Translations under genes and position numbers: made by a program | Assembly (NCBI GenBank): GCA_965203555.1 | Contig: CBDBCY010000004.1 | Span: 2,784,001-2,848,000 of the forward strand | Length of the DNA: 64,000 nucleotides | Reading direction: 5' to 3' | Source of the DNA: Acidimicrobiia bacterium | GTDB taxonomy: Bacteria > Actinomycetota > Acidimicrobiia > Spongiisociales > ZC4RG35 | The notes under the pieces: model-generated | Databases searched by the model: none | Told to the model about the DNA's origin: nothing | What the model saw: the letters and a program-made list of their open reading frames with translations, nothing else | Shown: piece by piece, positions 39,056 to 50,134 of the stretch | Numbering within the stretch: the stretch's first letter is position 1 | Layout: every line of letters starts with the position of its first letter

Positions 39056-41023
39056 TCAAATCACCCTTTCGTTTCCGCCGTCGACCGGTATCTGAGCGCC
39101 GGTGGTGGCCGCGAAACGGTCTCCCGCCAGTTCCGCAACCACGGCCGCCACATGGTTGGATGTCACGGCCGTTCCCAGCAGGTTTCGCCGCTTGTACGAT
39201 TCCACATCCATGTCGTACTGAGCTGCCCTGGTGGCCAGCAGTTCCTCGTTCCAGATTCCGGTGTCGAACACCGCGTCGGGATTGACCGTGTTGACGCGGA
39301 TGGCGTCGGAGGCCCACTCCAAGGCGGCGACCCTCGCCAGTTGGGTGAGAGCCGCTTTGGACGAGGAGTAGGCTGCCGCTCCCGGACCCGGCGCCGGCAC
39401 GTTGCGGGTGGAGACCACCACCACCCGGCCTCCAACAGGTGAGAGCGCAAGGAAAGGGTGCACCTGCGAGAGCAGATCGGCGGCCGCGTCGACATTGACC
39501 GCCATCGTCTTCCTCCAGGCGGAGCGGTCCAGTCCGGCGATCGGACCGGCGCCCAGGAAAATCCCCGCACAGACCACCACTATGTCGATTCCGCCGAACC
39601 GTTCCACCGCTTGTTCGATCGCACCCGATTGCGCTTTCGGATCGGTTACATCGCATTCGACTCCCAACCAGGAGGCGGAGTCGAATGTTGTTGCCACTCC
39701 CGGCGAGAGATCAAGTCCGGCAACCGCCGCTCCCCGCCTCATCAGTTCCGCTGCACAAGCCCGTCCGATTCCCGACGCGGCGCCCGTAACCAGTGCCGCC
39801 GTTCCGGCCAGTTCGGGAGACGATCCTTGGCGTTTCAGCTTGGCCTGCTCCAATTCCCAGTACTCCACCTCGAACAGGTTCCCCTCGGAGAGAGCCTGAT
39901 AGCCGCCCAGATGGTCCTCGGATCGGATCAGCGTCGGCATGGTGTGGTGGTAGATGTCCGAAGCGATCCGGGCCGCTCCGGCGGTGGCCCCGACGGTGAG
40001 CATCCCGATCTGAGGATCGACCACGACCCGGGGAGCGGGGTCCAGCATGGTGGTCTCTCCCCGGGCCCGGTGCAGATTGCGCCGGTAGTAGTGCCGGTAC
40101 TCCTCGGCGTAGGAGGCCACGTCCCGGCCCACCATCGGGACCCGTTTGGTGCGGATGATGTGATCGGGGGTGAGGGGTCCACGGGTCGCCAGCGACGCAA
40201 GGTCTTCTCGTTCGACAAAGCTCGCCACTTGGGCGGAGCGGTCGCGCACCGAGATCATGGGCCGTCCCGCCGCCCGGGAGATGTCCGCCCGCAGTCGGGC
40301 CAGTTCCACCGGATCCACCTTACCGAGCGGCTCGCCTTCGGCCGGCAGGTGCGGGGCATGGTCATCCAGCCACCGGGTCGCCCGGCCGATGACTTCCAGA
40401 TGGCCTCGGTAGGCATCGCGGGTGGTGGACCCGTAGGTGAATAGGCCGTGATTCATCAGCACCATTGCGTCCGAGTCGTCTCCGCCATCGGGCCACATGT
40501 TCCTGATCTCCCGGGCGAGGTCAAAGCCGGGCATCACATAGGGCACGATCATGACTCCATATCCGAGGACCTCCCGCACCCGGTGGACGCCATCGGCCAG
40601 ATTGGTGAGAGTGACGATCGCGTCGGCGTGGCTGTGAAGGACCGCCCGGTGGGGGATGAGGGCATGAAGGAGCGACTCCACCGATGGCTGGGGAGCGGCA
40701 GGGTCGAGCCGGGCCGCCGACAGTTCCCGCATCATCGCCGTATCCGAGAGGCTCTCCAATTCCAGGAGTTGGTGAAGGCGCCGGAGCGGCAGGGGAGCGA
40801 AGCCGCCCTCTTCGATGCTGGCCATGTCCCACCCCGATCCCTTCACCCACAGGGCTTCAACCTGGGCGCCCGTGATGTCAATAAAGGGGGTCTTCACCGA
40901 GGAGTTGCCTCCCCCGTGGAGCACCATGGAGGGATCGGCGCCGATGAGACGGGACCCGTAGACGCACTCGGCCAGCGGATCGCAAGCCTGCGGCGCTACC
41001 GCATCGTTCCACAAGTCCGCCAT
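39056..41023 (-). CDS. Bifunctional class II aldolase / SDR dehydrogenase
   Basis: HGGGNSSVK, KGSG, PSVE.LLH, HSHAD, NHG; then VTGAASGIG, YSSSK, NPDAV. Confidence 0.93.
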   Translation of the reverse strand: MADLWNDAVAPQACDPLAECVYGSRLIGADPSMVLHGGGNSSVKTPFIDITGAQVEALWVKGSGWDMASIEEGGFAPLPLRRLHQLLELESLSDTAMMRELSAARLDPAAPQPSVESLLHALIPHRAVLHSHADAIVTLTNLADGVHRVREVLGYGVMIVPYVMPGFDLAREIRNMWPDGGDDSDAMVLMNHGLFTYGSTTRDAYRGHLEVIGRATRWLDDHAPHLPAEGEPLGKVDPVELARLRADISRAAGRPMISVRDRSAQVASFVEREDLASLATRGPLTPDHIIRTKRVPMVGRDVASYAEEYRHYYRRNLHRARGETTMLDPAPRVVVDPQIGMLTVGATAGAARIASDIYHHTMPTLIRSEDHLGGYQALSEGNLFEVEYWELEQAKLKRQGSSPELAGTAALVTGAASGIGRACAAELMRRGAAVAGLDLSPGVATTFDSASWLGVECDVTDPKAQSGAIEQAVERFGGIDIVVVCAGIFLGAGPIAGLDRSAWRKTMAVNVDAAADLLSQVHPFLALSPVGGRVVVVSTRNVPAPGPGAAAYSSSKAALTQLARVAALEWASDAIRVNTVNPDAVFDTGIWNEELLATRAAQYDMDVESYKRRNLLGTAVTSNHVAAVVAELAGDRFAATTGAQIPVDGGNERVI

Positions 41024-41042
41024 ATGAATGTCTCCTTTTCGT

Positions 41043-41828
41043 CTAGTAGGGGGTGTCTCCACCGTCGATGCTGATCGCCTGGCCACGGATGATCAGGGCC
41101 TCGTCGGAGAGCAGAAAAGCGATGACCCGTCCGACTTCCACCGGTGCGATCCTGCGTCCCATCTGGGCGGGTCCCATCTGTCCCAGCAGCTCTTCGGCGG
41201 GCACTCCCAATCTGGGTGAAAGCCAATCTGCCACTCCAGCCAGCATGGGGGTGTCCACCCCGCCGGGGCAGACCGCGTTGACGTTTATTCGATCCCCTGC
41301 CCACTCCATGGACAGCGAGCGGGTGAGCCCCAGCACTGCTGCCTTGGAGGCGTTGTAGCCGGCCATGTTCGGATACCCGACCTTGCCGCAATTGGATGAG
41401 ACGTTCACCACTGCTCCGCCCCCGTGATCCCGAAGGTGAGCGCCGACCGCTTGTGCGAACACGAACGACCCGGTGACATTCACCTCCAACTGGCGGTTCC
41501 ATTCCGCCGCAGAAGAGTCCCAGGCCGTGTCCAGGAACACCACCCCCGCGCAGTTGACCAGGCCGTCCAGGCGCTCGAAGCGTTCGGTGGTTCTTCTCAC
41601 CGCCTGCCGGGCGTCGCCGGCTGAGGTGACGTCGGCCGCCAGTGGGAGGGTGTGTTCTCCCCCGGGATCCACTGCCGAGGCCGTCTCGACCGGCGCCGAA
41701 AGGTCCACCATCGACACTCCGCGGGCGCCGTTCTCCAGCAGCGCAGAAGTGACCCCACCCCCGATGCCGCCCCCGGCCCCGGTCACCACGTACACACGAT
41801 CCTTGAGTCGAATGTTCTCTCTCCTCAC
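41043..41828 (-). CDS. SDR family oxidoreductase
   Basis: VTGAGGGIG, YNASK, VCPGGVDT. GTG start overlaps the upstream stop. Confidence 0.9.
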   Translation of the reverse strand: MRRENIRLKDRVYVVTGAGGGIGGGVTSALLENGARGVSMVDLSAPVETASAVDPGGEHTLPLAADVTSAGDARQAVRRTTERFERLDGLVNCAGVVFLDTAWDSSAAEWNRQLEVNVTGSFVFAQAVGAHLRDHGGGAVVNVSSNCGKVGYPNMAGYNASKAAVLGLTRSLSMEWAGDRINVNAVCPGGVDTPMLAGVADWLSPRLGVPAEELLGQMGPAQMGRRIAPVEVGRVIAFLLSDEALIIRGQAISIDGGDTPY

Positions 41829-42595
41829 CAGGTGGGATGCGCCAGGACACCCCCATCCACCACCAGGTTGGCGCCGGTGATCCATCGGGCCAGGGGAGAA
41901 ACGAGGAAGAGGCAGGCGTCCGCCACATCTTCGGGGGTTCCCAATCTGGTCAGCGGCGCCGCAGCCTTCCAGCGGACCATCCCCTCCGGCCACTCTTCTT
42001 CCACGCCGCTTCGATAAATCAGTCCCGGGGAGACCGAGTTGACCCTGATGCCGTGTTGGCCGTATTCCAAGGCGGCGGCCCGAGCGTGCATGATCACACC
42101 TGCCTTGGTGACGGCATAGTGACCGTGGAGAAGTCCGGGTTGGCTGCCCTCGATGGAAGAAATGTGGATCACCGATCCCGGAGAACCACGGGAGATGAGA
42201 TGAGCCGCCGCCACCCGGGTAAGGCGATGGACTGCGGTCAGGTTGGTGTCAACCATTGTCTGCCACTCCTCATCGTCCATGTCGGTCATGGAGGCCAGGG
42301 TCTGAACGGCGGCGTTGTTCACCACCGCGTCAAGTTTGCCGAAGGACTCTACTGCGGTCTCGACGATCCGGTCAGGCCCGTCGGAGTGTCTAAGGTCGGC
42401 GGTGACAGCCGCCGACGGGCCGGGAAGGGAGTTGAGAAGCGCTCCCAGGGGAGAGGTGCGGGTGTGGGCGACCACCGTTGCGCCGGCCTGGGAAAACCGC
42501 CGGACGATCCCCTGCCCGATGCCGCCCCCCGCACCGGTAACCGCCACCACCGTCCCCGAGAGGTCCAACATGGCGGCGGGTGACGGAAGAGTCAT
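41825..42595 (-). CDS. SDR family oxidoreductase
   Basis: VTGAGGGIG, NNA, YAVTK, VDGG. Confidence 0.92.
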   Translation of the reverse strand: MTLPSPAAMLDLSGTVVAVTGAGGGIGQGIVRRFSQAGATVVAHTRTSPLGALLNSLPGPSAAVTADLRHSDGPDRIVETAVESFGKLDAVVNNAAVQTLASMTDMDDEEWQTMVDTNLTAVHRLTRVAAAHLISRGSPGSVIHISSIEGSQPGLLHGHYAVTKAGVIMHARAAALEYGQHGIRVNSVSPGLIYRSGVEEEWPEGMVRWKAAAPLTRLGTPEDVADACLFLVSPLARWITGANLVVDGGVLAHPTW

Positions 42596-43050
42596 TGCAG
42601 GACGTGGCCGCGGGTGAGTTCCACAATCCGGTCACCGGCCTGCGGATACCGTCCGGCCAGGTGGGATCGGTCTCCGAGTTCGAAGCCGTCGGGATTCCAT
42701 GGCGGCGCCATGGTGGCGCCCACCAGGGTCCAGTCTCCCAGGGTGGAGGCGCCCATCCACACCCCCGCCGGGACGGTTACGCAGGGTCGTTGGCCGGCCG
42801 CCAAATCCTTTCCGAGGATGGGCTGGTCCACCGATCGGTCGGGATGGAGCAAAAGCATGCCGGCCGCAGCGCCCAGGTAGTGGTGCCAGATCTCGGTCGC
42901 CTCCAGGCGGTGCATGGCGGAAAAGTCACCGGGCCGCATCAGAAAGTAGATGGCGCTTGTGTGATCGTCGAGCCAGATCCGGGTCCACATGCCGCCTTCC
43001 CCGGGAAGGGGTTCGAGGCCCAGCGCAGCGATGACTTCGTCGGCGTTCAT
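42592..43050 (-). CDS. Cupin_5 (DUF985) protein
   Basis: LEPLPGEGG, SAIYFL, SAMHRL...EIWHHY, VPAGVW. Confidence 0.88.
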   Translation of the reverse strand: MNADEVIAALGLEPLPGEGGMWTRIWLDDHTSAIYFLMRPGDFSAMHRLEATEIWHHYLGAAAGMLLLHPDRSVDQPILGKDLAAGQRPCVTVPAGVWMGASTLGDWTLVGATMAPPWNPDGFELGDRSHLAGRYPQAGDRIVELTRGHVLQ

Positions 43051-44360
43051 CCCGCCAGCCGCGCGGCGCGGCGCGCTACGTCTCGTCCCACGGCTTTGAC
43101 ATCCACCGTGAGCACCTCGCCTCCCGACATCACCTGTCTTCCTCCCACCCAGGAGGACCGAACCGCCGACGGGGCGCCCGACCACACCAGCCGGGAGATG
43201 AGATCGTCCTCTCCGGGGATCACCGGGCCGAAGGCCGGGTCGGCAGTGGAGACCGCGATCATGTCGGCCGGATTCCCGGGTGCCAGCCGTCCCAGGTCGG
43301 GGCGGCCTATGGCGTCGGCCGCTTCCCTGGTGACCATCGCCAGAGCGTCACGGGGCAGCAGCGCCGCCGCGTCCTGTGATCGGATCCGGGCCAGGCGCAG
43401 GGCCATACGCATCTCCTCGAACATGTCCAGCCGGTGATGGGAGGCCGGCCCGTCGGTGGCGATCCCCACCGGGATCCCGGCGGCGCGCATCTCCGCCACC
43501 GGGGCGATGCCGGAGGCGTGCTTGCCGTTGGAACATGGGCAGTGGGCCACTCCCGCTTCCGCCGCCGCCAGAATGTCGATGTCGTCGGGCGAGATCCACA
43601 CCGAGTGGGCGGCCATCGTGTGGGAATCCAGGATGCCCACCCGCTGCAGGTAGGCCGTGGCCGACATGCCGGTCTGCTTCCGCACCGCCTCCACCTCCCA
43701 CTCCTGCTCGTCGACATGGATGTGGACCAGCATCTGGTGAGCGTCCGCCGCCTCGGCCACTCCCTCCAGGCATTGTTCTGACAGCGAATACACCGCGTGG
43801 GGGCCGATGCCCACCTGGATCAGGTTGCTTCCCTCCCAACGCCGGGCAAGTTCGGTCATCTCGTCCAACTGGTCCTGCCATGTGCCGAACCTGCTCAGTT
43901 TGGCGTCTTCGATGAGAGGAGCGGTGACCACGCACCGCAGTCCCGCCCAGGCCGCTCCGGCCGCCACTGCTTCGCCGCAGAAATACATCTCCATCGAGGT
44001 CGTTACGCCACCGGCCAAGAGTTCCGCGGCGCCGGCTGCCATCCCGATCTCCACGTCCTCGGGGGTGAGACGGGCCTCCCGAGGCCACATCACCTCGCGC
44101 AGCCACCGGTCCACCGGCAGGTTTTCTCCGGCCCCTCTCAACAGCGCCATGGGAGTGTGGCAGTGGATATTCACCATTCCGGGAAGCAAAACGCCCTCCA
44201 CCCGTTCGGTGGTGGCTTCGGCACGAGTCGGGGCATCCTCGGCCCTTCCCACCCACGCCACTCTTCCCTCTTCCACATCCACCACTCCCGGTGAGTGGAT
44301 GGCGCCTTCGGGGTCCATCGGAACCACATAATCGGCCAGATATCGAGAGGTCTGGGTCAT
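43047..44360 (-). CDS. Amidohydrolase, MTA/SAH deaminase-like
   Basis: PGMVNIHCH, WLREVMWPRE, GPHAVY, HIHVDE, AAH, HCPCSN.K.ASG, ATDG. Confidence 0.88.
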   Translation of the reverse strand: MTQTSRYLADYVVPMDPEGAIHSPGVVDVEEGRVAWVGRAEDAPTRAEATTERVEGVLLPGMVNIHCHTPMALLRGAGENLPVDRWLREVMWPREARLTPEDVEIGMAAGAAELLAGGVTTSMEMYFCGEAVAAGAAWAGLRCVVTAPLIEDAKLSRFGTWQDQLDEMTELARRWEGSNLIQVGIGPHAVYSLSEQCLEGVAEAADAHQMLVHIHVDEQEWEVEAVRKQTGMSATAYLQRVGILDSHTMAAHSVWISPDDIDILAAAEAGVAHCPCSNGKHASGIAPVAEMRAAGIPVGIATDGPASHHRLDMFEEMRMALRLARIRSQDAAALLPRDALAMVTREAADAIGRPDLGRLAPGNPADMIAVSTADPAFGPVIPGEDDLISRLVWSGAPSAVRSSWVGGRQVMSGGEVLTVDVKAVGRDVARRAARLAG

Positions 44361-44384
44361 CTGGCTATAGGCTAGATACTTGCC

Positions 44385-45455
<1,071 letters not shown>

Positions 45456-45475
45456 CTTACCAAGGAGGTAATCCG

Positions 45476-46507
45476 ATGAAGAACCGCAAGATGATCATCG
45501 GCATCTGCGCGATGCTGGCCCTTGCCCTACTGGCCTCGGCCTGCGGCGGCGAGGAAGAGGCCGAGGCGGAAGGGCCAAGCCTGATCTATGTGACTCCCAA
45601 CCCGATCGGCGTCAACAAGTTCCTTGAACTCGGCCAGGTAGGCACACAGAGGGTGGCCGAGGAACTGGGTGGAACCTGGAAGACCTTCGAGTCGACCAAC
45701 GACTCCGACCGCCGGGCCAACATCGAGGCCGCCATCGACGAGGCGCCCGATGTGGTGGTGTTGACCACCTTCACCCTGGTCGAGTTGGCCGATGAACTGT
45801 CCAAGGCCAATCCCGACCAGCAGTTCATCCTGATCGACGCCTGTCCCGACGAGCCCGCCGCCAACCTGCACTGCGGAGTGTTCCGCGAGCACGAGGGGGC
45901 CTACCTGCTGGGCATCATGGCCGGCCGTCTCAGCCAGGCCAAGGAGATCGGTTCGGTGGTGGCGCTCGACATTCCCTTCCTCCATCGCTGGTCCGACAGC
46001 TTCGCGCTGGGCGCCCAGAGCATCGATGCCTCCATCACCGACACGCAGGTGTTCATCGGGGGCGACAACCCCTTCTCCGATCCCGCCCGCGCCAAGGAGC
46101 AGGCCCTAGCGGTGGCGGCCCGTGGCGCAGACCACATCTTCGCGGTGGGCGCCGGGTCCAACGGCGGCATCTTCGAGGCTGCCGTGCAGGAAGGGTTCCT
46201 GAGCTACGGCGTCGACGTCAACCAGTGCCCCGAGGCTCCGGGACACATCGTCGACAACAACCTGAAGCTGGTGGACGTGCTGGTCGAGCAGTTGGCCAAG
46301 CAGGTCCTCGACGGAACCGCCGGTCCGGTGGTTGCCTTCGGGCTGGCCGAGGGAGGTACTGGCGTGATGGCGCTGGAGTCGGACGAGGTGTTGGCGGACA
46401 GCCAGTGCGTGATTGCCGATCATCCCGACATCGTCGCTGAAGTCCGTGACGCCCGGGACGCCATCGTCAGCGGCGACATCGTGGTCCCCGACCCCCTGTT
46501 CGGCTGA
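45476..46507 (+). CDS. BMP-family ABC substrate-binding lipoprotein (nucleoside)
   Basis: Lipobox ASAC; FREHEGAYLLG, FSDPARAKE, GVDVNQ. Confidence 0.92.
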   Translation: MKNRKMIIGICAMLALALLASACGGEEEAEAEGPSLIYVTPNPIGVNKFLELGQVGTQRVAEELGGTWKTFESTNDSDRRANIEAAIDEAPDVVVLTTFTLVELADELSKANPDQQFILIDACPDEPAANLHCGVFREHEGAYLLGIMAGRLSQAKEIGSVVALDIPFLHRWSDSFALGAQSIDASITDTQVFIGGDNPFSDPARAKEQALAVAARGADHIFAVGAGSNGGIFEAAVQEGFLSYGVDVNQCPEAPGHIVDNNLKLVDVLVEQLAKQVLDGTAGPVVAFGLAEGGTGVMALESDEVLADSQCVIADHPDIVAEVRDARDAIVSGDIVVPDPLFG

Positions 46508-46511
46508 TTAC

Positions 46512-48035
46512 TTGACATTTGAACTGGAGCTGCGCGGGATAACCAAGCGGTACCCCGGCGTCCTGGCCAACGACGCGGTGGACCTGGCGGTGCGTCCCGC
46601 GCAGATCCATGCCATCGTGGGAGAGAACGGGGCGGGCAAGACCACTCTGATGTCGCTGCTGTACGGACTGTTTCCCCCCGATGATGGCGAGATTTTCATC
46701 CGGGGGGAACGGGTCCGGTTCGCTTCCGCCCTGGATGCCATCGCTGCCGGGCTGGGGATGGTGCACCAGTCTTTCAAGCTGTTTCCCACCCTGAGTGTGG
46801 CCGACAATGTGGTTTTCCGCCAGGAGCCGACCCGTCGCGGCCTGATCGACCGAGCGGCCAGCGCCGCCCGGGTGCGGGATCTGGCCGAACAGTATGGCTT
46901 GGCGGTGGATCCCGAGGCTGCGGTGGAGGATCTTCCCGTGGGGGTGCTGCAACGGGTTGAGATACTGAAGGCCCTCTACCGCGACGCCCAGGTCTTGATT
47001 CTGGACGAGCCCACCGCGGTCCTCACTCCCCAGGAGCGGGACCAACTGTTTGAAGTCATCAGGAGACTGCGGGACGCGGGACGCACCATTTTGTTCATCA
47101 CCCACAAGCTGGGGGAGGTAATGGCCATCTCCGACCGTGTCACTGTGCTCCGCAACGGCCGGGCCGTGGCCCACCTGGTGACCGCCGAGACCAATCCGGC
47201 CGAGATCACCCTGCACATGACCGGCCGGGCGGTCGATCTGGATCGGAGGGCCCCCGAACACGATCCCGACCAGGTGGTCCTGGAGGTCAGCAACCTGACC
47301 GTGCTGGGCGGGCATGGACGTCCGGTGGTTGAGGATGCCGACCTCGACGTGAGATCAGGTGAGATAGTGGGTATTGCCGGAGTGGCGGGGAACGGGCAGA
47401 GCGAGTTGATCGAAGCTCTGTGCGGGCTGCGAGAGACGGATGCAGGATCGGTCACCCTTTCGGGAAGAGACATCAGCCATGTCGATGTTGCCGGGAGGCG
47501 AGCGGCCGGACTGGCTTACATACCGGAGGACCGGTACGGAGTGGGCACCACCCGCCAAGCCTCGGTCTCCGAGAATCTTCTCATGGGTCATCAACGCCGG
47601 CCGAGAATCCAGCGAAGGGGGTGGTTCGACCGGGAGGCGGTGGGGGGACTGACCCGACGGCTGGTGGAAGTGTTCGGGATCAAGGTGGGTTCGGTGTCCG
47701 GCCCGGTTGCCAACCTTTCGGGCGGCAACCTGCAGAAAGTAGTGGTTGCCAGGGAGATGGACCATGGCACTCCACTGCTGATCGCCGAGCAGCCCACCCG
47801 CGGTCTGGACATCGGCGCCATCGAGTTTGTCCACGGCCGGTTGATCGAGTACCGCGACCAGGGAGGAGCGGTGCTGTTGGTGTCGGCCGAACTGTCGGAG
47901 ATCCTGGCGCTGAGCACCCGCATCCTGGTGATGTTCGAGGGGCGTATCGTGGCGAGCCTCGACCCCCGCCGTGTCGCCGAGCCCGAGATCGGCCTCTACA
48001 TGACTGGGGCGCACGTGGAGGCGGCGGTTGCTTAG
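46512..48035 (+). CDS. Nucleoside/sugar ABC transporter ATP-binding protein
   Basis: GENGAGKT, ILDEPT, GVAGNGQ, LSGGNLQK, QPTRGLD. Confidence 0.95.
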   Translation: MTFELELRGITKRYPGVLANDAVDLAVRPAQIHAIVGENGAGKTTLMSLLYGLFPPDDGEIFIRGERVRFASALDAIAAGLGMVHQSFKLFPTLSVADNVVFRQEPTRRGLIDRAASAARVRDLAEQYGLAVDPEAAVEDLPVGVLQRVEILKALYRDAQVLILDEPTAVLTPQERDQLFEVIRRLRDAGRTILFITHKLGEVMAISDRVTVLRNGRAVAHLVTAETNPAEITLHMTGRAVDLDRRAPEHDPDQVVLEVSNLTVLGGHGRPVVEDADLDVRSGEIVGIAGVAGNGQSELIEALCGLRETDAGSVTLSGRDISHVDVAGRRAAGLAYIPEDRYGVGTTRQASVSENLLMGHQRRPRIQRRGWFDREAVGGLTRRLVEVFGIKVGSVSGPVANLSGGNLQKVVVAREMDHGTPLLIAEQPTRGLDIGAIEFVHGRLIEYRDQGGAVLLVSAELSEILALSTRILVMFEGRIVASLDPRRVAEPEIGLYMTGAHVEAAVA

Positions 48036-49122
48036 GCGGTTCTTGGACGAATTGCGGAGTATGAGCCGGCGGGCGCTGGTGAGCCCGGTGACCTTCTCCC
48101 TGCTGTTCGCCTTTGCCCTGGCGGCCGCCATCGTGGCCGTCACCGGCGGCGACCCCTTGGCTGCGGGGGAGGAGATGTTCACGGGCGCGGTCACCGGTTC
48201 CGGATTGCGCAACACTTTGGGCAGGGCCATCCCCATAGTGGGCATGGCGCTGGCGGTCTCCATCGCCTTCCGATCGGGAATCATCAACCTGGGGGGAGAG
48301 GGACAGATGGTGATCGGCGGTCTGGCGGGCACGATCGTGGCCATCTATCTGCCCGGTCCGGGATTCCTGGTCGTTCCTGCGGCCATGATCACCGGAGCAG
48401 CGGTAGGCGCCCTGTGGGCCTTGCTGCCCGCCTATGGTCAAACAAGGCTGCGGCTTCCCATCCTCATCACCAGCCTGCTCCTCAACTACGTGGCGCGCGC
48501 CATCACCGGATACCTGGTCCGGTTTCCGCTGTCCGACGTTTCGGTCACCTTGGCGACCACCCGCCAGGTCCCCGAGTCCGCCCGGATGCCGAAGATGCCG
48601 GTCTTCGGAGGGGTCAGCCTGTCCTTGATTCTTGTCATGTTGCTGGTGGTGCTGCTCTGGATGGTCTACACCCGCACCGTGGCGGGCTACGAGACGCAGA
48701 TGGCCGGCTTCAACATGCGTTCGGCCCGCTACGGGGGCATCGACGTGGAGCAGCGGACGGTACAGGTGATGGTGGTGGGCGGAGCGATCGGGGGCCTGAT
48801 CGGGACCCATCTCATCATCGGCGAGGCGCTTCGCTTCATAGACGGGGAACTGGTGCTGAGCGGCTTTGCCTGGACCGGTCTCCTGGTCGCCCTCCTGGCC
48901 GTGAACCGTCCCATCCCCATTTTCGTCACGGGATTGTTCTTCTCGGGTCTGCAGATCGGCGGCCTGGCCATGCAGCGCAACGCCGGTGTTTCGTGGCGCC
49001 TGTCGCAGGTCCTGCAGGCGGTGGTGATCGTGGCGGTGGCCTGCCGTCTTGCCATCCGACGCAGTGATCGCCGACCTTCGGAAGCGGGAGAAGCCGAGGC
49101 TGCGGGAGTGGGGGAGGTCTGA
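48028..49122 (+). CDS. ABC transporter permease
   Basis: INLGGEGQ; multi-pass membrane protein. Confidence 0.92.
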   Translation: MLRRFLDELRSMSRRALVSPVTFSLLFAFALAAAIVAVTGGDPLAAGEEMFTGAVTGSGLRNTLGRAIPIVGMALAVSIAFRSGIINLGGEGQMVIGGLAGTIVAIYLPGPGFLVVPAAMITGAAVGALWALLPAYGQTRLRLPILITSLLLNYVARAITGYLVRFPLSDVSVTLATTRQVPESARMPKMPVFGGVSLSLILVMLLVVLLWMVYTRTVAGYETQMAGFNMRSARYGGIDVEQRTVQVMVVGGAIGGLIGTHLIIGEALRFIDGELVLSGFAWTGLLVALLAVNRPIPIFVTGLFFSGLQIGGLAMQRNAGVSWRLSQVLQAVVIVAVACRLAIRRSDRRPSEAGEAEAAGVGEV

Positions 49123-50039
49123 TGTTCGAGCAGATCTTCGACACCGCCCTGTTCGACTCGGCCACCCGGGCGATGATCCCCATCCTGCTGGCGGCCCTGG
49201 GCGGGATGATCTGCGAGCGGGCGGGGGTGTTCCAGATCGCGCTGGAGGGAATCATGCTGGCCGGGGCGTTCGCGGCGGTCGCCGGTTCCTACCTGGCGCT
49301 GAATTCCGGTGTGGGGGTGATGTTCGGGATGGCGGCCGGGATGCTGATCTCCCTGGCGCTCGCCTACGGAACGGTCACCCGCCGCGGCGATTCCATCGTG
49401 TTGGGAATCGCCCTGAACCTTCTGGCCATGGGACTCACCGGGTTCCTGCTGCCGCAGCTCTTCGATGTGCGGGGAGTGTTCCAGCATCCCCGGATCGACG
49501 GATTGGACCGGATCGCCGTTCCCGGCCTGTCCCAGATTCCCTGGGTCGGTCCGGTCCTGTTCGACAACACCGTTCTCACCTACGTGGCGCTGTTGCTGGT
49601 GCCCGCGCTGTGGGTGTTCCTGTTCCGCTCGCCGATCGGGCTGCGTCTGCGGGGTGTGGGCGAGCGTCCCCTGGCTGCCGAGACCCTGGGCGTCAGCCCC
49701 ACCGTGTACAAGTACGGGGCGGTGCTGGCTTCCGGCGCCCTGGCCGGGATAGCCGGCGCCCAGCTTTCGCTCGGCAACGTGGTGCAGTTCGCCGAGAACA
49801 TGTCCAGCGGCCGGGGGTGGGTGGCGGTGGTGGCGGTGATGCTGGGCAGGGCCCACCCGGTCGGGGTCCTGGCGGCCGCCGCCCTCTTCGCCCTGGCGGA
49901 AGCGCTCGGCTTCCGCTTCCAGGGCAACGGCCTGCCGGTACAGGTCACCGACGCCCTCCCGTTCGTGGTAACCCTGATAGCCCTGATCGTCGCCCGAAAA
50001 CGCTTCGCCCGCCTCCTCGACCTGACCACCGCCGGCTAA
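49122..50039 (+). CDS. ABC transporter permease
   Basis: ERAGVFQIALEG, GLRLRGVGE, GRGWVA. Confidence 0.92.
   Translation: MFEQIFDTALFDSATRAMIPILLAALGGMICERAGVFQIALEGIMLAGAFAAVAGSYLALNSGVGVMFGMAAGMLISLALAYGTVTRRGDSIVLGIALNLLAMGLTGFLLPQLFDVRGVFQHPRIDGLDRIAVPGLSQIPWVGPVLFDNTVLTYVALLLVPALWVFLFRSPIGLRLRGVGERPLAAETLGVSPTVYKYGAVLASGALAGIAGAQLSLGNVVQFAENMSSGRGWVAVVAVMLGRAHPVGVLAAAALFALAEALGFRFQGNGLPVQVTDALPFVVTLIALIVARKRFARLLDLTTAG
49985..50032. repeat. 48-bp direct repeat, copy 1 (3' end of permease)
   Basis: GATCGTCGCCCGAAAACGCTTCGCCCGCCTCCTCGACCTGACCACCGC, identical to 51397-51444. Confidence 0.92.
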
Positions 50040-50134
50040 CGCTATCCACGGTCGGACAATCTTTACTGTAGGTTGGCAAACTTCTCCCTCCTGGGCGGGC
50101 ACTCCGGTTTGGTGTGATCACTAGCGTTGGGCTC

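Noticed and set aside
41811-41813. ATT start codon for the SDR (would give MRLKDRV)
   Set aside because: An in-frame GTG at 41828 overlapping the upstream stop explains initiation without a non-canonical codon.
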